From Candidatus Doudnabacteria bacterium (GTDB lineage Bacteria; Patescibacteriota; Doudnabacteria; UBA920), in NCBI GenBank assembly GCA_023245955.1, contig JAHFJI010000002.1, positions 1 to 51,429 on the forward strand: 51,429 nt of DNA, in the 5' to 3' direction. This document shows, in pieces, positions 37,603 through 45,330 of this stretch. The translations under genes were made by a program, and so were the position numbers. How positions within the stretch are numbered: position 1 is the first letter of the stretch; every line of letters starts with the position of its first letter. The notes under the pieces were generated by a model. That model did not search any database. It was not told where the DNA came from and worked only from the letters and a program-made list of their open reading frames with translations.

Positions 37603-38892
37603 TTAAGTTTTTTCAAAGACAACTATTTCCCTCGCTACTATCTGATCTTTCCTGTCGTAAATTACAGTACCCCTTGGAGTAACTCTTAAAAAGGGCAAGG
37701 TTTTAGCGACTTTTTGATCTATCACACTTACAATATTATACCCATACACTCTCGCAAAGTCAAGAGTAGGGAACATGATATACTCGGTCAAACTCTTCTT
37801 ATAAGCCGGTATGGTTATGGCTATTTTGCTCTTAGGTTGCAGGAATTTATTAAAATCGTCAAAGCAGGTGGCGTACAAACTACCGAGGTTGGCAAAGTTT
37901 TGAGATATCTCACCAGGGGAGGGAAACTTATGAGAGTAGAGCGGACCAAGAGTACCCTCTGTAACTATACCCGTAACTTCAGTAATGGCCTTAATCTCTT
38001 TTAAGTGTTTTATAAAAGTACTAACATTTTTAGCATCACTTACTTCTATATGATATTTGCCCTTTGGTACTTTGTACCTGTTGCGAAACCATTCCAAGTT
38101 TTTTTCGCATCCTTGGATTGCAAATTTATCTATGTCTGTACCAACCATCTTGTAATCTAAAAGCGCACCTTCTTGCACTATAGTCCCTATACCACAAAAA
38201 GGATCTAGCAGGGTAGCGCCCCTTTGTACACCAATAAGATTAAGCATGGACTGAGCTACCTTTGGCGGCATCATGCCTCTTACATCATCCCTTACTGGCC
38301 TTTGATAATCTCTCCTGCCATAGTCTTCAAAATCCTGAACTGTAACGGTCTTGGCTACATACACTTTATTGGTAGCAGCGATAACGCAAATTTCGGCACC
38401 TTTGACGGTAAGTTGGTTATGTGTCACCACCACAGAGGCGAGAGCCAAAGAGTTAAATTCCGGTAAGACTAGCCGTATGCTACTGCCTGTATCTTGCATA
38501 GCACGCTTAATGAACATGCCAAGCCTTTTTGGCTCTCCAAAAATATTTTCAATATTATTAAGTAAATAGACACTAACGCCAAATTGTATCTTTCCGGTCG
38601 TGCTCTTTAGAAAGTTGGTCTTAATAACACTGGGCTTAAAGTAGTTTTTGAGAGCAAAGTTGACTGAATCCTGCTCGCGTTTTTTTACAACATCTACTAT
38701 TTTTAGTATCTTAATAATACCACCAAGTCGTCGTTGCAAGGCAGGCAGGTCCAGAGTAGTGGAGCAGTCAATTACAGCGACTTCGTGCGAAACGTCTAGG
38801 ATGTTAGCCTCTACGCCAAGTGACTGAAGCACCTGCAGTAACTCTGCTAGCGACAAAGTATAAACTCTGCCCAAAACAAAAGCATATGTCAT
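37603..38892 (-). CDS. Trm11-like SAM-dependent RNA methyltransferase
   Basis: RDYQRP, GMMPPKVAQ, LDPFCGIGT and VTEGTLGP; ATG 38892 preferred. Confidence 0.8.
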   Translation of the reverse strand: MTYAFVLGRVYTLSLAELLQVLQSLGVEANILDVSHEVAVIDCSTTLDLPALQRRLGGIIKILKIVDVVKKREQDSVNFALKNYFKPSVIKTNFLKSTTGKIQFGVSVYLLNNIENIFGEPKRLGMFIKRAMQDTGSSIRLVLPEFNSLALASVVVTHNQLTVKGAEICVIAATNKVYVAKTVTVQDFEDYGRRDYQRPVRDDVRGMMPPKVAQSMLNLIGVQRGATLLDPFCGIGTIVQEGALLDYKMVGTDIDKFAIQGCEKNLEWFRNRYKVPKGKYHIEVSDAKNVSTFIKHLKEIKAITEVTGIVTEGTLGPLYSHKFPSPGEISQNFANLGSLYATCFDDFNKFLQPKSKIAITIPAYKKSLTEYIMFPTLDFARVYGYNIVSVIDQKVAKTLPFLRVTPRGTVIYDRKDQIVAREIVVFEKT

Positions 38893-39323
38893 ATGAACAA
38901 ATAAAAATTTACCTAAGTGACCATAAGCCACAGGCCCAAGGCCTCTTAATACTTGTGGTAGTTTTCTTTATTGGAGTTGGCGTAGGAAAAATATCTAACC
39001 CGCCAAGCCCTAAAGCGACTAAGAACTATCCTGAGTATAACACGAACAGTCCAGCTAAGACTAACAAAGCAGAAGTACCCAAAGAAGCCGTCCTAGATGC
39101 AGCTACAGCTACGCCCGCGCCCGCAATGACTCCAGAAGCCACACTAAGCAAAACTACACCCTCAAAGGCAAATGCTAATTGTATAGTGAAAGGTAATGTG
39201 TCTTCCAAAGACAAAATCTACCATGTAAAGGGTGGTGCGTTCTATGACAGAGTCACACCTGAGATGTGTTTTATAACCGAAGCAGAAGCCAAAGCCGCTG
39301 GCTTTAGGAAGTCTAGCCGTTAA
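38886..39323 (+). CDS. Membrane-anchored protein with C-terminal KGN..KIYH..CF.TEAEA..AGFR domain (Ada-like metal-binding type)
   Basis: N-terminal TM, P/A/T-rich linker and the conserved C-terminal motif. Confidence 0.75.
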   Translation: MSYEQIKIYLSDHKPQAQGLLILVVVFFIGVGVGKISNPPSPKATKNYPEYNTNSPAKTNKAEVPKEAVLDAATATPAPAMTPEATLSKTTPSKANANCIVKGNVSSKDKIYHVKGGAFYDRVTPEMCFITEAEAKAAGFRKSSR

Positions 39324-39510
39324 GAGAGTAACTAATGTTAGCTAATCGGGGAGACTCAAACTATGGGTCCTATATGTCATATAGGACCCATAAGTCTTAT
39401 AAGACTCAACGTCCATGCCTCCAACTTTGAAAAAGAGAATTTGCAAATAAATACTAAACACTTTAATACTAAAACATGATAGGGGGTAGCGATATTTTAG
39501 TATATGTTAC

Positions 39511-39570
39511 GCGTCTGACAATGTATGGTCAATGACGACTGTGGATAAGTGTGCGTCGTACAATATTGAC
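39511..39570. other. Left prophage junction (attL candidate) with dif-like arms
   Basis: GCGTCTGACAA-TGTATG (39511-39527) and a second arm GCGTCGTACAA (39553-39563). Confidence 0.65.
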
Positions 39571-39588
39571 GAAGTTAAAAAAAGCCGG

Positions 39589-39753
39589 CTATTTGCCAGA
39601 CTCTTTATTTTGTCGTGTATTTTTTTCTATTTTTTCTAATAAGAATACAGCTTTTATAAAGAAAATAATCAGTATAATAATTAAGAGACAGGGGACATAA
39701 AACCAATAATTAAACAACAATAAATTTTCATGTGCCCTAATTAATAATTCCAT
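39589..39753 (-). CDS. 54-aa single-TM prophage protein (below the track cutoff)
   Basis: MELLIRAHENLLLFNYWFYVPCLLIIILIIFFIKAVFLLEKIEKNTRQNKESGK; starts 1 nt after the upstream stop codon. Confidence 0.55.
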   Translation of the reverse strand: MELLIRAHENLLLFNYWFYVPCLLIIILIIFFIKAVFLLEKIEKNTRQNKESGK

Positions 39754-39754
39754 A

Positions 39755-40012
39755 TTATTCTACCTTTCCGCCTAACTTTTGAATTAGTGCGTTTTTAATT
39801 CTCTGTATAATTGGTTTGTTTGGGTAACGTATTGCGTAACCCCATGCTTGTAGTATATCCATTACGTCTGACATTGCAAGTACAACTGATTCTTCGCAAC
39901 CACAATTACAATAACCAATTTTATAGCCCATACATCCAGTTTGAGTATCCCAGTCTAAAGACGTAAAAGAAAGCCTCTTTGCACCTTTTGGGTGTGATGT
40001 TGTCATTAACAT
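39755..40012 (-). CDS. Prophage hypothetical protein with CNCGC motif
   Basis: 85-aa ORF downstream of rep. Confidence 0.6.
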   Translation of the reverse strand: MLMTTSHPKGAKRLSFTSLDWDTQTGCMGYKIGYCNCGCEESVVLAMSDVMDILQAWGYAIRYPNKPIIQRIKNALIQKLGGKVE

Positions 40013-40069
40013 ATAAGTACGTTAGGAATAAGAAACCTCAAGGATTTTAATTTTGATAATTCTTTATAT

Positions 40070-40870
40070 TTATATTATTAGCCCATCTGGTAATTTAAAT
40101 CTTGTATATAATATTTTTTCACCTTTGTATGTTTTATACTCCATTTCAGACTTTTCAATATCCGCGGGGAGCGTGTCTAACAATTTTAATATTGCTGACC
40201 TTTGATATATTTCTTTTGGCTGGTACAAACCCTTACTACTAAAAAAGTATTTTTTGTTATCAAGCCGTTTATCACGATCACTTTTAGTTAGATATTTTGC
40301 TATATAATTTGCAAGGTGCTGTAAGTTATTAACGCCGTTGACTTTTGAAAAACCATAACTCCAAATGTCTCTAAAAAACTTTTGTACGTCTCCGGTTATA
40401 AAAGGAAGATTAAAGAATACCGTGTGATAATGAACCGAGCCACCATTGGGTTTTATATTTCCATGAAAGTCTACGTCTTTCTGAAATTCAACAATTGTTA
40501 TGTATTTGAGTGTTGCTTTTTTACTTCCTGTTAATTGGTAGTTAAGACGTTTTAGAAACGCTGTAAATAGGGGATTGGCTGATTTTGGGTCTGGCATACT
40601 ATCCTTAAAAGTAAACGTGGCAAAAATTGGCTGATACGCTCGACCCCGTGCGTCCCTGTACTTATAGGCATTAGCATATACAAGTTGCCGTATACGTCTT
40701 TTAGTACGGAAATTTGATATATTTCTAGAACTGTCTTTAGTCTCGCTATTTTTTCTACCGTAACAGTTGGTTTGAGTAATATTTTTTGATATTCCATATT
40801 CTATAGCATGTTGATACTGCTTTACCTCTAAGACTGGCCCAGCTAGAGTAGCCTTAATCTTGGTAAACAT
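40070..40870 (-). CDS. Rolling-circle replication initiator (HUH endonuclease)
   Basis: Motif I FATFTF, motif II VHYHTVFF and motif III YIAKYLTK (two tyrosines). Confidence 0.9.
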   Translation of the reverse strand: MFTKIKATLAGPVLEVKQYQHAIEYGISKNITQTNCYGRKNSETKDSSRNISNFRTKRRIRQLVYANAYKYRDARGRAYQPIFATFTFKDSMPDPKSANPLFTAFLKRLNYQLTGSKKATLKYITIVEFQKDVDFHGNIKPNGGSVHYHTVFFNLPFITGDVQKFFRDIWSYGFSKVNGVNNLQHLANYIAKYLTKSDRDKRLDNKKYFFSSKGLYQPKEIYQRSAILKLLDTLPADIEKSEMEYKTYKGEKILYTRFKLPDGLII

Positions 40871-40883
40871 ATCTTTTGTTTTC

Positions 40884-40983
40884 TACGAAAATAAGATTTT
40901 CGTATTATGTGTTATATATATCAAGTATAACTAGCGCCCCAGCGGTCGGACGGCGGGCGCGCATGGCGCGCCTCGCCGGTCCG
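40884..40983 (-). other. Putative double-strand replication origin of the prophage
   Basis: Minus strand ACTTG^ATATATATAACAC (40926-40909), flanked by hairpins at 40884-40904 and 40947-40983. Confidence 0.7.
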
Positions 40984-40987
40984 CCCA

Positions 40988-41242
40988 CTATGACGCTCCC
41001 TTATACAAGGTTATCTTAGGATTTTCGCCAAAGGGGTCTATTTCCACCTCTACAGGAATTAATTTACCTTTGGCTAAGTCTGATAGCATTGCGCCCTTAT
41101 ACCCTAGAGTGGTCATTTCATCGGCACTAGTAAAGAAATCCTTTGTCTGACCTTTTGCTGTAAGCAAGCGAACAAGCGAAAAAGTATTACCTTTTTTACT
41201 GGTCTTTTGTTCTACCGATACAATATTCACGTTATAACTCAT
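40988..41242 (-). CDS. Putative ssDNA-binding protein (pV-like)
   Basis: 84 aa, beta-rich, with a TSKKGNTF DNA-binding-wing-like motif; adjacent to rep. Confidence 0.7.
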   Translation of the reverse strand: MSYNVNIVSVEQKTSKKGNTFSLVRLLTAKGQTKDFFTSADEMTTLGYKGAMLSDLAKGKLIPVEVEIDPFGENPKITLYKGAS

Positions 41243-41943
41243 TTTTTATCACCCCCTTTCAATGCCTTAATAGGCTGTGCTGATACCTCACTGTAATATT
41301 TTTTAACTGACCACATGGGCTTACCTTTGTATTCTTTAAACTGGTCAAATAATGCGAATGTGTTATAACTCTTGGCTAATTTTTTACTAAACAAATAGAC
41401 TCCATAACCCATAGACTTTGGTGCTGGTATAGCTGGATTCATAAGTATTTCTATCGCCTCACCATCCCACTCTTTCCAGTAAAATATTTTACTAAACTTT
41501 TTATGAACAATTATAGAATTTGCTAACCTACGCACAGCAATATCTATTTGACCCTGATGTTGTGTAATAAAATGCAAATTAAGTCCATATTTACGAGACT
41601 GTGTAAGCTTTGTTTTAAAACTTTTAGGAAGTTTGGCAAAATCTCTAGCATCTACCGCCATGTGAGCCTCATCAAAATATACCTCGCCATTTCGGAGAGA
41701 ATAAAGGTCATCTAAGGTTTCCCAATAATACACATTGCCAAACTTACGATTTGCAAAAGTAAATTTTATCCATAAACCCCAGAGCAAGCCACGCCAGTTT
41801 GTTGTTCTATGACTCCAATAACTATCAAAATCTATTTTCCAATTAACATAACAATCTTTGCCACGTACAATTTGTTTCCAGACATCACGTGTTGCCCAAT
41901 AAGATTTACCAACTCCTAATTTACCAGTGTGTATTGTTATCAT
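41239..41943 (-). CDS. Zot-like morphogenesis ATPase (pI)
   Basis: Walker A GKLGVGKS, Walker B YFDEAH and QSRKYGLNLHFITQH..QID. Confidence 0.92.
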   Translation of the reverse strand: MITIHTGKLGVGKSYWATRDVWKQIVRGKDCYVNWKIDFDSYWSHRTTNWRGLLWGLWIKFTFANRKFGNVYYWETLDDLYSLRNGEVYFDEAHMAVDARDFAKLPKSFKTKLTQSRKYGLNLHFITQHQGQIDIAVRRLANSIIVHKKFSKIFYWKEWDGEAIEILMNPAIPAPKSMGYGVYLFSKKLAKSYNTFALFDQFKEYKGKPMWSVKKYYSEVSAQPIKALKGGDKK

Positions 41944-41945
41944 AT

Positions 41946-42203
41946 TTAACCAGAACCTCTAAATTTATTTATAACCCAATTCGCTATTTTAAAAGCTAAG
42001 ATTCCTGATTCTAAAGTAAGTATTAAGCCTAATATAGTTATCATTGTATCAACCGGCAATATTGCATTTGCTTTTTGAAAATATTGACCAAGCAAAGTAA
42101 AAGCATCATTTATTCCACTTGGCAAAGACGACGGACTTGGAAACAAATCTATAAGTAAATCTATTAAAGCCCTTATTAATTCAATTATTCCTGTAAGTAA
42201 CAT
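41946..42203 (-). CDS. Minor coat protein, pVI-like
   Basis: 85-aa hydrophobic protein between the pIII-like gene and pI. Confidence 0.7.
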   Translation of the reverse strand: MLLTGIIELIRALIDLLIDLFPSPSSLPSGINDAFTLLGQYFQKANAILPVDTMITILGLILTLESGILAFKIANWVINKFRGSG

Positions 42204-42204
42204 A

Positions 42205-43266
42205 TTAAACAGCTCTAAAGAGTTTAAAGCTCCTTGTTAATAAATAATAACCAAAACCTAACCATAAAAATGCATTAATATATGGTCGTACTGTGTCAAA
42301 AGGAACTATATCATCACTATAAGGGTCAGTATTAAAACCCTGTATCGGTAATTCAAAATAACCCGTTGGCCCATTTATATTTACTACTGCATCTATTAAA
42401 TAACCTGTATCAGAACTAGTATCTAAATCACCAAAAGCATCCTCTAAAGAATAAAAATATGAAAACGGTGCTTTATCATGAGCATGAGTAATTATTGTAT
42501 CTATAGAATTTGTAATATATGTAGAGAGACCCCCATTTGGTATAAACAAATACTGAAATATTTCACACAGATAACGTGTCGCACTACTAGCCGAAGTACA
42601 ACCTTGAGTACCAAATCCACCAGGAGAGGGGAATGAGGGATCTGACACTACACCACCAAGTCGTATTGCAAAATAACTATTCGAGGGTTGATTCCATGTG
42701 CCTGTTGTAAATTTTCCAAAAGAAGAAACATTAGCAAAATTTAAAACTGAAACTGTAGTCGATGTACTAGGTACTTTTTGGGTATTTATATAATAATTGC
42801 TATCCGAAACTGAACCTGTACGATACATTATTATCCAATAAACTGCATTACCAACTAATATAGGACAATTTTGAAAATTAAAGGTATAAGACACCAAGCT
42901 AGTTGTTAGTGTAGAACCTAGTATTTCTTGAGATTCTGAAAATAAACCGTATCCGTCACTTGGGTCCGTATCTGTTAAACTTCCTAACTGAACTTTGACT
43001 TTTAGTCCATCAGTAGGGGAACCCTGTTTTTTTAAATCAATATGAGCATTACACAACTCATGAGAGTCTGGTGCTATATACTTCCAAGCTATTCCATTTC
43101 CATACTGTGAGGTACTTTGACCAAATGAAGAAATACTATCACCAGAAGTCGGGTTAAGCGTTATATAAGCTATGTCATCATCGGGCGTATCTGCTAATGC
43201 AAAATTAGGCGCTATAAAAACTAGTGCAACTAATAATGAAAATATTGTGATAATAGTTTTTTTCAT
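42205..43266 (-). CDS. Adsorption protein, pIII-like
   Basis: Signal peptide ending FALA, S/T/G-rich beta domain, PSPGGFG linker and C-terminal TM; lies between pVIII-like and pVI-like genes. Confidence 0.72.
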   Translation of the reverse strand: MKKTIITIFSLLVALVFIAPNFALADTPDDDIAYITLNPTSGDSISSFGQSTSQYGNGIAWKYIAPDSHELCNAHIDLKKQGSPTDGLKVKVQLGSLTDTDPSDGYGLFSESQEILGSTLTTSLVSYTFNFQNCPILVGNAVYWIIMYRTGSVSDSNYYINTQKVPSTSTTVSVLNFANVSSFGKFTTGTWNQPSNSYFAIRLGGVVSDPSFPSPGGFGTQGCTSASSATRYLCEIFQYLFIPNGGLSTYITNSIDTIITHAHDKAPFSYFYSLEDAFGDLDTSSDTGYLIDAVVNINGPTGYFELPIQGFNTDPYSDDIVPFDTVRPYINAFLWLGFGYYLLTRSFKLFRAV

Positions 43267-43326
43267 ATTGACCACGAGCTATAATTGCTCCGCTACGCCC
43301 GAGGGCGTAAAGACTTCCTATAAGTG

Positions 43327-43358
43327 AAAAGAGGGGATAGTGCTTTCTACCCCCTCTT
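43327..43358 (-). terminator. Intrinsic terminator after the major coat gene
   Basis: Minus strand AAGAGGGGGTAG...CTATCCCCTCTTTT; same position as the Ff terminator after gene VIII. Confidence 0.65.
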
Positions 43359-43364
43359 GCAGGA

Positions 43365-43628
43365 TTAGTGCGCAGAGCGCTTTATCCAGCGAAGTGCCAA
43401 TTTTGCTCCAAGGAACACTACCGTAATAGTGACCACGTAAGGCAAAATTGCTTGCAACATTGCAACAGCATTAGTTTGGAAACTAGTTCCAACCGTGTCA
43501 GCAATGTCTGCTAAGTCTTCCGCTGTAGTTGCGTGAGCGGAAAGAGCAACAATGCTCACACCAACAGCACCAGCTACACCGGCTAACTTTGCACCATACC
43601 TTTGAGCGAGTTCTTTAAACTTGTTCAT
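43365..43628 (-). CDS. Major coat protein precursor, pVIII-like
   Basis: Leader ending AHA, then a ~54-aa mature part with acidic N-terminus, one TM and basic tail KLALRWIKRSAH. Confidence 0.85.
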   Translation of the reverse strand: MNKFKELAQRYGAKLAGVAGAVGVSIVALSAHATTAEDLADIADTVGTSFQTNAVAMLQAILPYVVTITVVFLGAKLALRWIKRSAH

Positions 43629-43632
43629 ATAG

Positions 43633-43773
43633 TTATGACTTTCTATTAATAGTAAATATTACTAAGCCGACCACAAAGCCCAGTAGCAAACCTATTCCCA
43701 TTGACGCGAAAATGGTTTCAATCAGGAGAGACCAATTTCCCACATAGCAAAGTTGTATTGTTTCTGGACACAT
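43633..43773 (-). CDS. 46-aa minor coat protein, pVII/pIX-like
   Basis: MCPETIQLCYVGNWSLLIETIFASMGIGLLLGFVVGLVIFTINRKS (translated by hand); directly upstream of the pVIII-like gene. Confidence 0.65.
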   Translation of the reverse strand: MCPETIQLCYVGNWSLLIETIFASMGIGLLLGFVVGLVIFTINRKS

Positions 43774-43778
43774 AGTAA

Positions 43779-43883
43779 TTAATGAAATTGATTAACTATC
43801 CACTTAATACCAGCACCAATTAACACGCAAATTAGTGTAGTAATAGTAAAACTAGTAAATAGTGTAAATAAAGCTGTTTCCAT
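43779..43883 (-). CDS. 34-aa minor coat protein, pVII/pIX-like
   Basis: METALFTLFTSFTITTLICVLIGAGIKWIVNQFH; TAATG overlap with the upstream stop. Confidence 0.65.
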   Translation of the reverse strand: METALFTLFTSFTITTLICVLIGAGIKWIVNQFH

Positions 43884-44803
43884 TATCGTCGTACTAATGA
43901 TTTTCCTATGGAGTAAGCAGAAAGAAATAACAGGGTGCTTACGGCAAATACTAATATTTGATAAAAAGTGTTTATAAAATCCCAACCATAATCTGTAATG
44001 TTGTAGTTATAATTGTCTCCGTCTTTGACGGCTGTAAGTATCGGGCTGTCAGGGGGTGGAGGAGGGGGAGGCGAACCTGCTACAGTGAACTGGTCAATCC
44101 CAAAATATTGTAATTGGGTAAAGTCATCTGCTGTTCTATGAAAAGTAAGTACAAGAGTGTCATAACTACCCGAGTCAAAGCCTGTAAAATCTGTAATAGC
44201 AAAGTTATTTACACCGTCTTGCAAGTTATAATTATGACAAGCTGAACTGACACACACATCTACCGTGTCATATCCATAACCTGTAAGATATGGCAAATCT
44301 GGTATCTCAAAAGAAACAGACTCATACGGTTCACTATAAGAACTTGTTAAATTATTAACAATAAAATCTTGTACAGTAAACTCATCGCTAAAATATTGCA
44401 AGCCAGCACAGTTACCACCATCATCTGAATAACTTGTTAAAAACCTATATGTCTTACCGTCACCATCACCATAACCATCATTGCCAACAAAGTTATCTAT
44501 AGTGTTGATATCCGAGTAATTATATGAGCCTGATTCAGAATCATTAAGAACAGTAAAAATAGCATTATCTGTAACGTTTAATATTTCTCTTGTACTTTGA
44601 ACAGTACCACCACCAGAACAAGCACCATGAGTGCCATCTTCATCAAAAGAAATTGTGAGAGGCTGTATTTCATTAATTTGACCGTCTGTCCAGCCTCCAT
44701 TAGGTGAGAAACTAACATTTGAAAGCTCTGCACGGGCAAAACGCAAGGGGAGTGCCAATGACACAAATGCTAAAGCTATAATTATAATTTTACTCTTAGT
44801 CAT
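43883..44803 (-). CDS. Second pIII-like/adhesin-like exported protein of the prophage
   Basis: Signal peptide ending ARA, acidic D/G/S-rich domains, poly-Pro linker and C-terminal TM with basic tail. Confidence 0.7.
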   Translation of the reverse strand: MTKSKIIIIALAFVSLALPLRFARAELSNVSFSPNGGWTDGQINEIQPLTISFDEDGTHGACSGGGTVQSTREILNVTDNAIFTVLNDSESGSYNYSDINTIDNFVGNDGYGDGDGKTYRFLTSYSDDGGNCAGLQYFSDEFTVQDFIVNNLTSSYSEPYESVSFEIPDLPYLTGYGYDTVDVCVSSACHNYNLQDGVNNFAITDFTGFDSGSYDTLVLTFHRTADDFTQLQYFGIDQFTVAGSPPPPPPPDSPILTAVKDGDNYNYNITDYGWDFINTFYQILVFAVSTLLFLSAYSIGKSLVRR

Positions 44804-44962
44804 TGTTATTTTTTACTTTTGCCCCATGACGTAGAGCGATAAAGGCTCGAGCAAATATCGAGTTACTTAACCACACCATGAGGCAGTAATAAAAAAGAGC
44901 TTAGCCACTTAAGGCCAAACCCTAGGGGGAATGGTATTTAAGTAACTAAGCCCATACTAGCA

Positions 44963-44990
44963 TAGTCGCACAATGTATGTTGTACGACTA
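44963..44990. other. dif-like Xer recombination site (attR / restored dif)
   Basis: TAGTCGCACAA-TGTATG-TTGTACGACTA has 11-6-11 geometry with arms 10/11 palindromic; E. coli dif is GGTGCGCATAA-TGTATA-TTATGTTAAAT. Confidence 0.75.
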
Positions 44991-45275
44991 GTGATATATA
45001 AGATACAGTTTAAACTGGCTAAATCTGACTTTGTTATAAATTACCATTCTGGGATATATTTACTTCTAATACCTACTCTTCCCTGCTACCAGTTATGCTA
45101 ATCACCTAACTATAATATTATTATTATTCTTCTTTATATAATTATTGATGCTATCATATTACTTTCTAAGATGGACGACCGCATGTTATTACTAATGGTG
45201 CTTATAGGTCTTATAAGTCCGATACGACCAAGTTACAAATACAATCACCGGCACATCCGCATGCAGATTTATAAC

Positions 45276-45308
45276 AAAATGAACTCGCTGTAGTAGCGAG
45301 TTCATTTT
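45276..45308. terminator. Intrinsic terminator downstream of the pilin-peptidase gene
   Basis: AAAATGAACTCGCT-GTAGT-AGCGAGTTCATTTT. Confidence 0.75.
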
Positions 45309-45330
45309 AAAGTTAGTCATTATCTGAAAA

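Larger units (their letters stand above)
39511..44990 (-). mobile_element. Integrated filamentous phage (inovirus-like prophage), about 5.45 kb
   Basis: Co-oriented Rep, SSB, Zot/pI and pVI/pIII/pVIII-like genes; T-rich coding strand; dif-like sites at both ends sharing ACAATGTATG. Confidence 0.9.

Noticed and set aside
39511..39570. Replication origin suggested by the DnaA box
   Set aside because: There is only one box, no dnaA or dnaN nearby, and gene orientation converges rather than diverges.
41239..41943. Zot as an enterotoxin
   Set aside because: Only the ATPase domain is present, in phage morphogenesis context, with no C-terminal extension.
41930..41980. Programmed frameshift fusing the pVI-like TM protein to pI
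   Set aside because: The pI frame is open for only five codons upstream of its ATG, and I see no slippery sequence there.
43779..43985. 68-aa version of the small coat ORF in the track
   Set aside because: It overlaps the upstream gene by about 100 nt. The ATG at 43883, coupled via TAATG, is more plausible.
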